A stretch of DNA of 64,000 nt from Cyanobacteriota bacterium. GTDB taxonomy: Bacteria; Acidobacteriota; Vicinamibacteria; Vicinamibacterales; UBA2999. The notes under the pieces are model-generated. The model ran no database searches. It had not been told where the DNA came from and was given only the letters and a program-made list of their open reading frames with translations. This document shows positions 36,003 through 47,622 of this stretch, piece after piece. Positions within the stretch are counted from its first letter, which is position 1, and each line of letters opens with the position of its first letter. The position numbers were made by a program, and so were the translations under genes. The stretch is from assembly GCA_019752015.1 (NCBI GenBank), contig JAIEMQ010000041.1:4469-68468 (forward strand), given 5' to 3'.

Positions 36003-37746
36003 CGGCGGCGAAACGCGCGTCGCCGCTGATCGCGTCGAAGCGCGGATCGACTTTCAACGTCAGCATCTCGAAGCACCGGTCGTCGCAGGCCTTGCCCAGC
36101 CAGCGATAGCCGGCGTCGCGATCACCCGCGGCAAACGTCGCGATCATGAACTCAACCGGCGACACATAGCGGCGCGCCGCGAGTTCCTCGAGCGTGCCCA
36201 GTGTCTCGAGCGCGCGTTCCGGCTTGCCGAGGAGCGCCAGCGTCCGCGCCAGCGCGCTCTGCATGCGCAACGAGTTGGGCGCGAGGTCGACCGCGCGGCG
36301 GAATGCCGCAGCCGCTTCGTCGAGATCCCTGCGCTGTTCCTGCACCAGTCCAAGCGTCAGATAGGCGGGCGCGAAGTGCGGATTGAGCTCGATCGTGTGA
36401 TCGCACTGCTCGAGCGCGGCGTCGAAATCGCGCCGGTAATAGTGAATCACCGCCACGTCGCGGGCAATGATCGACGACACCGGGTCGAGCGACTGGGCGA
36501 GCAGTACTTGCTCCAGCGCTTCATCGAGGCGGCCGAGCGGCACGAGGCACGACATCGCGTACCAGTGATGTGCCGTCGCGTACCGCGGGTTCAACTGGAT
36601 CGCCTTCTGGAACAGGCCCTCGGCGCCGTTGAAATCCCAGTCCTGCGTCGCGCGCACGTGCGCCAGCGACGTATGCGCCTCGGCTGAGTGCCCGTCGAGC
36701 ATCACCGCTGACGCCGCGCTCGACGCGGCCTTGGCCCACACGTCCGCGGGGCCCAGCACACCGTAATGCGCGAGCAGGCCGTAGGCATCCGCGACGCCGC
36801 TGTGCGCGAGCGAGAACTGCGAATCTTCGACGATCGCCTTTTCGAAAAATTCGACCGCCTTGTGCAGGCTGTCTTCGGTGCGCTGGTTCAGATGATAGCG
36901 ACCCTGCAGGTACAGGTTCCGCGCCGCGAGGTTGTCGGATTGGCGGCGCGCCCCCGGGGCGCCATCGCTCTCGACTTCCGGCGCGACTTTGTCCGCGACC
37001 AGCTTCGCGATGGCTTCCTGACCGGTCAGGGGTTCCGCCTGCTCGATGTCGAGTGACTCCGACCACAGGTAGAAGCCGCTGGCACCGTCGACAAGATGGA
37101 TCGTCACGCGCAGCCGCTCGCGCGCCGACCGCACGCCGCCGGTAATCACCAGCGCCGCATCGCCGGAGTCGCCCTCGAATTGATCGACAGCGCTGGCGTC
37201 GGTGCGCACCGCGAGCACGCGCAGCGCCTTGATCGAGGTGAGCGCGTGGACGATTTCGTCGCGGAGACCGCGACAGAAATAGTCGAGGCTGCCGGCGGGA
37301 CTGTCATCGGCGATCGGCATCACCGCTACCGTATTGCGGCTCGCCAGCGTCGCGGTCAGCGATCGCCTGCCGGCCGGTGCCCCGTCACGCACGCGGAAGA
37401 CCGGCGCATATCCGCCTTTCGGCAGATCGATGATCAGCTCATCGCTGTTGCCCTCATCGCGATAGTAGCGGGCGAGGCGGGTGCGCAGGCGGCGCGCCTG
37501 GACTCTGACGATTGGATCAGTACGTGGATCGAACGAGGGTTCCTTGCCGAAGACCTGTACGCCGATCACGTATTCCTTGAGGTCGCCGGCGCGGCCGGCG
37601 ACGGTTTCGGCGATGATGAAACTGATGAATCGCTTGAGGCGCTCGACTTGTGAAAAGGTCTTACTGGCGAGCAGGCGGTTCAACTGCAGGTGGACCGCTT
37701 TGTCGGCGGCCTTGGCCGGCGGTAGCGTCGCGGCGCGAGTGGCCAT
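35977..37746 (-). CDS. TPR-repeat protein with an N-terminal winged-helix-like segment and a TolB-N-like segment (regulatory or scaffold)
   Basis: The C-terminal half has multiple TPR-like repeats (NPRYATAHHWYAMSCL..., NPHFAPAYLTLGLVQ...). The N-terminus has the KEYVIGVQVFGKEPSFDPRTDPIVRVQARRLRTRLARYY motif. The ATG at 37746 is preferred over 37806 because a strong hairpin occupies 37786-37811. Confidence 0.7.
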   Translation of the reverse strand: MATRAATLPPAKAADKAVHLQLNRLLASKTFSQVERLKRFISFIIAETVAGRAGDLKEYVIGVQVFGKEPSFDPRTDPIVRVQARRLRTRLARYYRDEGNSDELIIDLPKGGYAPVFRVRDGAPAGRRSLTATLASRNTVAVMPIADDSPAGSLDYFCRGLRDEIVHALTSIKALRVLAVRTDASAVDQFEGDSGDAALVITGGVRSARERLRVTIHLVDGASGFYLWSESLDIEQAEPLTGQEAIAKLVADKVAPEVESDGAPGARRQSDNLAARNLYLQGRYHLNQRTEDSLHKAVEFFEKAIVEDSQFSLAHSGVADAYGLLAHYGVLGPADVWAKAASSAASAVMLDGHSAEAHTSLAHVRATQDWDFNGAEGLFQKAIQLNPRYATAHHWYAMSCLVPLGRLDEALEQVLLAQSLDPVSSIIARDVAVIHYYRRDFDAALEQCDHTIELNPHFAPAYLTLGLVQEQRRDLDEAAAAFRRAVDLAPNSLRMQSALARTLALLGKPERALETLGTLEELAARRYVSPVEFMIATFAAGDRDAGYRWLGKACDDRCFEMLTLKVDPRFDAISGDARFAAVTARVGLG

Positions 37747-37785
37747 CGGGCCAATCCTAGCGCATTGTCGCGGTGGAATTGTGCC

Positions 37786-37811
37786 GCGCCGTGGCGTCGA
37801 GGCCACGGCGC
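37786..37811 (-). terminator. GC-rich hairpin GCGCCGTGGC-gtcgag-GCCACGGCGC downstream of the CsbD-like gene
   Basis: Perfect 10-bp stem with a 6-nt loop, 13 nt after the stop at 37824. No clear U-tract follows. Confidence 0.45.
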
Positions 37812-37823
37812 GACCGTAGTGGA

Positions 37824-38033
37824 TTAGACGGCGTCGTTCTTTCTCTGCCGATCTTTGCCCGCTTCGTTCTCACGGGCGCCCTTGCCTTCCGTCTCCTCGT
37901 CGTCAACCATGTCGCCGAGCTCTTCCTTGATCTTGCCTTTGACGCGCTGGCCGGTCGCCGAAGTCTCCTCGGCAACTGGACTCGCGTGCTTGCGCTCAGG
38001 TGAATCGTCCCGACGATCGTGATCGTGCGCCAT
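37824..38033 (-). CDS. CsbD-like small stress-response protein
   Basis: 69 aa. AAGGAG RBS. Lys/Glu/Gly-rich pattern GQRVKGKIKEELGDMVDDEETEGKGARENEAGK, as in CsbD family proteins. Confidence 0.6.
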   Translation of the reverse strand: MAHDHDRRDDSPERKHASPVAEETSATGQRVKGKIKEELGDMVDDEETEGKGARENEAGKDRQRKNDAV

Positions 38034-38209
38034 TGAGGTCGCTCCTTGTTGTTAAGGCGGCTGCCTGATCGAGGCAGACTCGCACCTGCGCGGGAACAGT
38101 CTGCAAGGACATTGCCACAGCGAACGCGGCTGTCTCCTTTCATCCGCGCATCCGGGAGGAGCCTCCCATCTGGAGCTCGCTTCGGCTCGTACGTGAAGCC
38201 CGTGATGGT

Positions 38210-38491
38210 ATGATCGGTGGCATGACTATTACCATGGATGCTGCCGGACGTGTCGTGCTTCCCAAGGCGATTCGCCAGCGCGCGCGGCTGAAGCCGGGGA
38301 GCCCGCTCGAGGTTCGCGTCGTCGACGGCAGAGTTGAGCTCGAACCCGCCTGTGCCGCGGCGACGATCGAGAAACGCGGCTGGTATGCGGTCGCTGTGCT
38401 GCCTCCCGCTACGCCGGCCTTGACCCAGGACATCGTGGACGAGACGATTGATGCCATTCGCAACCGCGGCCTCGAGCCAGACGAGCACTGA
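38210..38491 (+). CDS. vapB: AbrB/MazE/SpoVT-type antitoxin (VapB-like)
   Basis: 93 aa. SpoVT-AbrB swapped-hairpin motif MDAAGRVVLPKAIRQRARLKPGSPLEV. Immediately followed by a PIN gene. Confidence 0.8.
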   Translation: MIGGMTITMDAAGRVVLPKAIRQRARLKPGSPLEVRVVDGRVELEPACAAATIEKRGWYAVAVLPPATPALTQDIVDETIDAIRNRGLEPDEH

Positions 38492-38492
38492 C

Positions 38493-38918
38493 GTGAGGGT
38501 CCTGATCGACACGAGTTGCCTGGTCGCCTTCGCGCTTCCGCAGCATCTGCATCATGCGCCGACGGCGTCGGATCTCGATCGACGGCGATCGGCAGGGCAG
38601 CAACTCGTCGTCGCGTCGCACGCGATCGTTGAAGCGTACTCGGTACTGACTCGAATGCCACCGCCGTTTCGGTTGACGCCGTCCCTCGCCATTGCGGTGT
38701 TGGACCACACGTGGGGCAAGGCGGAAACGTTCGCGGCAACAGCGGCCGAGTGCTGGCGCATGCTGAGATTACACGCCGGACGCGGCGTGATCGGCGGCCG
38801 AATCTACGACGGTGTCATAGCGGAATGTGCGCGGAAGGCGAAGGCGGATGCAATCCTGACGTGGAACATCCGGCACTTTGAGGGTTCCGGAGTCGCCGCC
38901 GTGTCGCCCCGGGTTTGA
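38493..38918 (+). CDS. vapC: PIN-domain toxin (VapC-like)
   Basis: The GTG start lies 2 nt after the vapB stop. The N-terminal VLIDTSCLVA carries the first PIN acidic residue. The C-terminal DGVIAECARKAKADAILTWNIRHF is typical of PIN domains. Confidence 0.8.
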   Translation: MRVLIDTSCLVAFALPQHLHHAPTASDLDRRRSAGQQLVVASHAIVEAYSVLTRMPPPFRLTPSLAIAVLDHTWGKAETFAATAAECWRMLRLHAGRGVIGGRIYDGVIAECARKAKADAILTWNIRHFEGSGVAAVSPRV

Positions 38919-38921
38919 CGC

Positions 38922-40136
38922 TCACTCGAACCGCAGCGCGTCGATCGGATCCAACGCGGCAGCCTTGCGGGCGGGATAGAAGCCGAAGAACACGCCGGTG
39001 ACGGCCGCGAACACGAACGCGACTGCGATCGATTCGGCAGACACCTTGGTCGGCCAGGTCATCCATGCACTCACGCCTTTGGACATCCCGAGCCCGAGCG
39101 CGATGCCGATCGAACCGCCGACCAGGCTCAGCACGACCGCCTCGACGAGGAACTGCATCAGCACGTCGCGGCCGCGCGCGCCGATCGCCATGCGCAGGCC
39201 GATCTCGCGCGTCCGTTCGGTCACCGACACCAGCATGATGTTCATGATGCCGATGCCGCCGACCAGCAGCGACACGCCGGCGATGCTGGCGAGCAGCGCC
39301 GTCATCGTTTCGGTCGCCTGCACGCGCACGCTGGCCATCTCCTCCATGGTGCGCACCATGAAGTCGTCGTTGTTGTCCTGAATCTGATGGCGCGCGCGCA
39401 GCAGCGTCGCGATGCGGTCCGCGGTCGGCGCGGTCTGCGATGCCGACGTCGCCGAGATGGTGATGTTCTGGATGAACTGAATGCCGCGCAGCTTCTTCAT
39501 CACCGTGGTGTACGGCACGTAGATGACGTCGTCCTGATCCTGACCCATGCCGGACTGCCCCTTGCTCGACATCACGCCCACCACGGTGAATGGCTGGTTG
39601 TTGATGCGCACCACCTGCCCGACCGGATCGACGTCGGGCCCGAACAGCTGCGCCTGCACGACCGCGCCAAGCACGGCGACCTTCGCGGCGGTGGCGACGT
39701 CGAGCGGCGTGAAGAACGCGCCCAGCTTCGGCGGCCACGATCGGATCAGCGGCAGATCGACGCCGGTGCCCTGCACCTGCGTGCCCCAGTTCAGGTTGCC
39801 GGCGACGATCTGGCCGCGCGTGTTGACGCCCGGCGCGAGGTACTGCACGCCGGGCAGATCGCGAATCGCCAGGGCGTCTTCCGGCGTCAGCGTGCTGGCG
39901 TTGCCCTGGCCCATGTGGACGCCGCCCTGCTGGAAATTGCCGGCGCTGACGATGATCATGTTGGTGCCGGCCGATTGGATCTGCGTCTCGATCGATGATT
40001 GCGCGCCGGTGCCGAGCGCCACCATCGTGATCACCGCCGATACGCCGATGATCATGCCGAGCATGGTCAGCGCGGTGCGCAGCTTGTTCCTCGCCAGCGC
40101 CTTGAACGCGACCCGCAACACCATCAGAAACGACAT
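38922..40136 (-). CDS. ABC transporter permease, MacB-type (periplasmic MacB_PCD + FtsX domain)
   Basis: 404 aa. N-terminal ALARNKLRTALTMLGMIIGVSAVI. C-terminal ...FFGFYPARKAAALDPIDALRFE is diagnostic of FtsX-family permeases. Confidence 0.9.
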   Translation of the reverse strand: MSFLMVLRVAFKALARNKLRTALTMLGMIIGVSAVITMVALGTGAQSSIETQIQSAGTNMIIVSAGNFQQGGVHMGQGNASTLTPEDALAIRDLPGVQYLAPGVNTRGQIVAGNLNWGTQVQGTGVDLPLIRSWPPKLGAFFTPLDVATAAKVAVLGAVVQAQLFGPDVDPVGQVVRINNQPFTVVGVMSSKGQSGMGQDQDDVIYVPYTTVMKKLRGIQFIQNITISATSASQTAPTADRIATLLRARHQIQDNNDDFMVRTMEEMASVRVQATETMTALLASIAGVSLLVGGIGIMNIMLVSVTERTREIGLRMAIGARGRDVLMQFLVEAVVLSLVGGSIGIALGLGMSKGVSAWMTWPTKVSAESIAVAFVFAAVTGVFFGFYPARKAAALDPIDALRFE

Positions 40137-40157
40137 CAGTGCCTCTGCATCAGCGGT

Positions 40158-40925
40158 TCAGACCGCTTCCGCGACCTCGGGTAAGTTCGCCAGTTCTTCG
40201 ACCGCGTCGCGACGCCGCTCGATCGGCCGGTCGGAAATGACCCGGCCGTCGCGAAACGCCACCGTACGCGTGCCGTATTCCGCGACGTCGGCTTCGTGCG
40301 TGATCAGCACGATGGTGATGCCGCGCTCGATGTTCAGGCGCTGAAACAGGCCCATCACCTCGATGCTGGTGCGCGAGTCGAGATTGCCGGTCGGCTCATC
40401 GGCCAGCAGAATGGACGGATTGTTGATCAGCGCCCGCGCAATCGCGACGCGCTGCTGCTGACCGCCCGACAACTGGTTCGGATGATGGCTGAATCGATCG
40501 CCGAGGCCGACCGCCGCCAGCATGTCCCTGGCGGCACGATGACGCTCCGACGTCTTCATCGTCGAGCCGCCATACAGCAGCGGCAGTTCGACGTTGTCGA
40601 GCGCGGACGTCCGCGACAGCAGGTTGAATCCCTGGAACACGAAGCCAATCTTCTTGTTGCGCACACCGGCCAGATCGTTCTTGCTCATCGTCGATACGTC
40701 CTGGCCGTCGAGCAGGTACTGTCCCGATGTCGGCCGATCGAGACAGCCGACGATGTGCATGAACGTCGACTTGCCGGAGCCGGACGCGCCGGTCACCGAC
40801 ACGAACTCGCCGCGCGAGACGGCGAGATTGACGCCGCGCAGCGCCTTGACCTGGTGATCGCCGACGATGAAGGTCTTGACGAGATCCTTCGTGGCGATCA
40901 CCGGTGGCGCCGCGTTAGCCGCCAT
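40158..40925 (-). CDS. ABC transporter ATP-binding protein (MacB/LolD-type)
   Basis: Start trimmed to the ATG at 40925. Walker [11 protein letters not shown]-loop, signature [15 protein letters not shown] and Walker [13 protein letters not shown]. Confidence 0.9.
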   Translation of the reverse strand: MAANAAPPVIATKDLVKTFIVGDHQVKALRGVNLAVSRGEFVSVTGASGSGKSTFMHIVGCLDRPTSGQYLLDGQDVSTMSKNDLAGVRNKKIGFVFQGFNLLSRTSALDNVELPLLYGGSTMKTSERHRAARDMLAAVGLGDRFSHHPNQLSGGQQQRVAIARALINNPSILLADEPTGNLDSRTSIEVMGLFQRLNIERGITIVLITHEADVAEYGTRTVAFRDGRVISDRPIERRRDAVEELANLPEVAEAV

Positions 40926-42612
40926 GGCCGCCGGGCCCGCCCCGGCCCCCCGGACCGCCGCGTCCCGGCGTGAAGGGATTGCCGCTGCCGCCCGGTTGGG
41001 GAGCGGTGCGCGCCGGCGACAGGCCGGTGACACCGGTCACGACTTCGGCGGTGTCGGCCAGTTCCGTGCCCAGCACTTCCGTGTAGGTGCCGTCGCTGAT
41101 GCCGAGTCGAAGCGTCACCGGCTTCAATTGATTGTCGATGTACAGCCAGGCGCGGCCGCGCGATTCGACTACTGGCAACGGCGCGAACAGCGCATCGATC
41201 GTCGTGGCCTGCGCCGCCGGCCCCGCCGCCGGGCGTTTCGGAGATGCCGCGCCGCTGATGGCTTTTTCAAACGCGCTGGTGTCGCCGCCGCGCTCCGCCA
41301 TCCGCGCGATGAACTGCCGCTGCTGGTCCGGCGGCATCGTCTTGAAGCGCTCCATCTGGCGCGCCTGGAATTCAGGACCGCCGCGTCCCGCGTTGCCGCC
41401 GAGGCCATCGCCGCCGGGCTGGCCGTGTCCGGCCGCTCCGCCGTGCCCGGATTCGCCGCCGGCTGCCCTGGCCGTCTGCTGGCCCGCCGGGGCCGGCGTG
41501 TGCGCGGGATTGCCGGCGGCGACCCCGCCGCGGCCGCCGCGTCCCGTACCGCCGCGTCCCGCACCGCCGAATCCCGCCGCCTCCGGCGGTGGCGTCTGGT
41601 TCAACGCCGCAAACATCTCGTCGTTCGGCCGGAAGCGCAGCGCCGTATTGGCAATGCGCAGCGCGTTGGTGCGCTTCGCAATCTCGATCTTCACGTTCGC
41701 CGTCATGCCCGGCTTCAATTTCAATTCGCGATTCGGGACCGTGATCACCGCGCCGTAGGTCGTCACGTTCTGGACCACGACCGGCTGCAGCCGGACCTGC
41801 GTCACGGTGCCGATGAAATTGTCCGTGGGATAGGCGTCGACGCGGAACGACACGTTCTGTCCCGGACGGATGCGGCCGACGTCCGCTTCGTCGATATTGG
41901 CATTGACCTGCATCTCGGTGAGATCGGCCGCGATCACGAACAACGTCGGTGCCTGCATGCTCGCCGCGACCGTCTGCCCCACGTCGACGTTGCGCTGCGT
42001 GACGATGCCGTCGATCGGCGCCGCAATCACGGTGTAGGCGCGGTTGACCTGCGTCTGGTTCACCGACGCTTCGGCCTGCGTCACGCCCGCCTGCGTCTGG
42101 GTCACGGTCGCCTGCTGCGAGGCAACCGCGGCGGTGGCGGTGTCGACGGCGATCTTCGCCGCATCGAGATCGCTTGGCGCCAGCAGCCGCTGGCCGGCCA
42201 GTTGCCGGGCACGATCGAATTTCTGCTGCGCGTCGACCAACTGCACGCGGCGCTGATCCAGGTCGCTGCGCGCCTTGGTCAGGTTGGCCCGCGCCTGCGC
42301 GAGGTTGGCCTGCGTCTGCTGCACCTGCGCCTCGAACAGCGACGGATTCAGCCGCGCGATGACCTGGCCCTGCTTGACGATGCTGTTGAAGTCGGCGCCC
42401 AGCCACTGGATGGTCCCGGACACCTGCGTGCCGACCTGGACGGTCGTCACCGCTTGTAACGTGCCGGTGGCGCCGACGACATCGACAATGTCGCCGCGAG
42501 TCAGCGGGCTGGTCTGGATCTGGATTTCAGTCCGGTTGCGACGCGTATAAACGACGCCCACCGTGCTGGCCACGATGGCCAGCGCAAGCACGGCAATGAT
42601 CCAACGTTTCAT
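40915..42612 (-). CDS. Efflux periplasmic adaptor (MacA/HlyD family) with a long Gly/Arg-rich insertion and tail
   Basis: 565 aa. N-terminal TM. Lipoyl / coiled-coil / barrel motifs (VSGTIQWLGADFNSIVKQGQVIARL, long Q/A-rich hairpin, APIDGIVTQRNVDVGQ). Low-complexity segment GFGGAGRGGTGRGGRGG... and a C-terminal [17 protein letters not shown]. Confidence 0.85.
   Translation of the reverse strand: MKRWIIAVLALAIVASTVGVVYTRRNRTEIQIQTSPLTRGDIVDVVGATGTLQAVTTVQVGTQVSGTIQWLGADFNSIVKQGQVIARLNPSLFEAQVQQTQANLAQARANLTKARSDLDQRRVQLVDAQQKFDRARQLAGQRLLAPSDLDAAKIAVDTATAAVASQQATVTQTQAGVTQAEASVNQTQVNRAYTVIAAPIDGIVTQRNVDVGQTVAASMQAPTLFVIAADLTEMQVNANIDEADVGRIRPGQNVSFRVDAYPTDNFIGTVTQVRLQPVVVQNVTTYGAVITVPNRELKLKPGMTANVKIEIAKRTNALRIANTALRFRPNDEMFAALNQTPPPEAAGFGGAGRGGTGRGGRGGVAAGNPAHTPAPAGQQTARAAGGESGHGGAAGHGQPGGDGLGGNAGRGGPEFQARQMERFKTMPPDQQRQFIARMAERGGDTSAFEKAISGAASPKRPAAGPAAQATTIDALFAPLPVVESRGRAWLYIDNQLKPVTLRLGISDGTYTEVLGTELADTAEVVTGVTGLSPARTAPQPGGSGNPFTPGRGGPGGRGGPGGHGG
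41535..41579 (-). repeat. 15-bp tandem repeat x3 inside the adaptor CDS (encodes GGxGR-type pentapeptides)
   Basis: On the + strand: ccgccgcgtcccgta / ccgccgcgtcccgca / ccgccgaatcccgcc. Confidence 0.8.
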
Positions 42613-42668
42613 ATATTGGGTTACGTGACGGCGCCAGTCGGTGTTTACGTTGTCACGGTTTTGTCACA

Positions 42669-46453
<3,785 letters not shown>

Positions 46454-46454
<1 letters not shown>

Positions 46455-47464
46455 TAGTGGTCTCGTCGGCTCGCCGCAGGCGAGCCGTCTCGCCGTAGCT
46501 CGCCTGATTTCTTGCGAGCGGAGGCGGATGTTCTTTTAGTGCCGATGGCAAGAAGAACGGCAAAGGGATCGTTGGTGCGCCGGGCTCCGAGCGTGACCCG
46601 CACATCCGTAAACCCGGCGCGGGTCAGCAGGCCGGAGAGATGTTCATCGGAAAATCCAAACCAGCGGTCGCCAAGCTTTTCGCGCACCCACGTCTCGTCG
46701 TGCGGGCGCAGATCGAGAATCAGCAGCCGGCCGCCGGGCTTGAGGATCCGCAACGCCTCGTCGAGCGCTTTCGGCGGCTCGGACGCGTGATGCAGGGCCT
46801 GCGACAACAGCGCCACATCCATCGTGTTGGTGTCGATCGGCAGTTTCTCGAGCTCGCCCTTCTTCCACGTGATGTTCGACAGTTTCTTGCGCTCGGCCAG
46901 CGCCTTCGCGCGCGTCAACACGCCGGCCGATCGATCCACCGCGGTGACCTGCTTCGCCCACCGCGCGGTTTCCACCGTGAGATAACCCTCGCCGCAACCG
47001 AGATCCGCGACCTCGAGCGGGGGCAACAGCATTCCAAGCGCGCGCGACCACGCCGCCCAACTGCGGCCCGGCACCAGCTGCCGGCCGTCGCGCGTGTCGG
47101 GGCCGACATGCTCGAAGTTCTCGCGCCGCAAGCGGAGAACTTCCTGCAATCGCGATTCATCCGCCTTGACGATGGCCGATCCCGCCGCCGCGTCGAACTG
47201 GGACTGGAGCAACGGCCACAATGGGCTCGAGCCGTCCGCCTTCACGGCCGGGGCAAGTCGATAAAAGCTGTAGGCGCCGTCGCGTTCTTCCACGACCAGC
47301 TCGGACTCCTTGAGCAGGCCGAGATGGCGGGACACGCCCGACTGCGCCAGGCCGAGGATGCCGGTCAGCTCCTTGACGTTGAACCGGTCCTTGTCCAGCA
47401 CGCGCAGCAGCCGTAACCGGGCCTCGTCCCCCAGCAGGCGATAGAGCGCGGACGCCTCTTTCAC
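46454..47464 (-). CDS. ArsR-family HTH fused to a SAM-methyltransferase-like domain (SahR-like regulator of methionine/SAM-cycle genes)
   Basis: 336 aa. The N-terminal [47 protein letters not shown] is an ArsR w[15 protein letters not shown] and [12 protein letters not shown] are class I MTase motifs. The gene lies directly upstream of metH, overlapping its start by 1 nt, which matches the SahR architecture described in Proteobacteria. Confidence 0.75.
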
Positions 47465-47488
47465 ATCTACTAATGTAGATTAGTAGAT
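47465..47488. promoter_or_regulatory. Perfect 10-4-10 palindrome ATCTACTAAT-gtag-ATTAGTAGAT; candidate operator of the SahR-like regulator
   Basis: It starts 1 nt upstream of the regulator start codon (47464), in the 158-bp divergent gap. It is AT-rich in a GC-rich context. Confidence 0.55.
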
Positions 47489-47622
47489 TGGTTTTGGCAA
47501 TGGTGGATAATCGTTCTCTTTGCGACTTCGAGGCCCTTCCCCCTGGATCGGCTGCTTGAGGTAACACAACCGAAAGGAAGGCACCGGCCGGCCCATGTGG
47601 CCGCCGGGGTCTGAAACACCGC

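Noticed and set aside
47489-47622. Looked for a SAM or cobalamin riboswitch in the gap between the SahR-like/metH operon and the DUF349 gene
   Set aside because: I could not recognise any riboswitch core (for example a B12 box). metH is preceded by the regulator gene, not by this gap. Only a generic GC hairpin is present.
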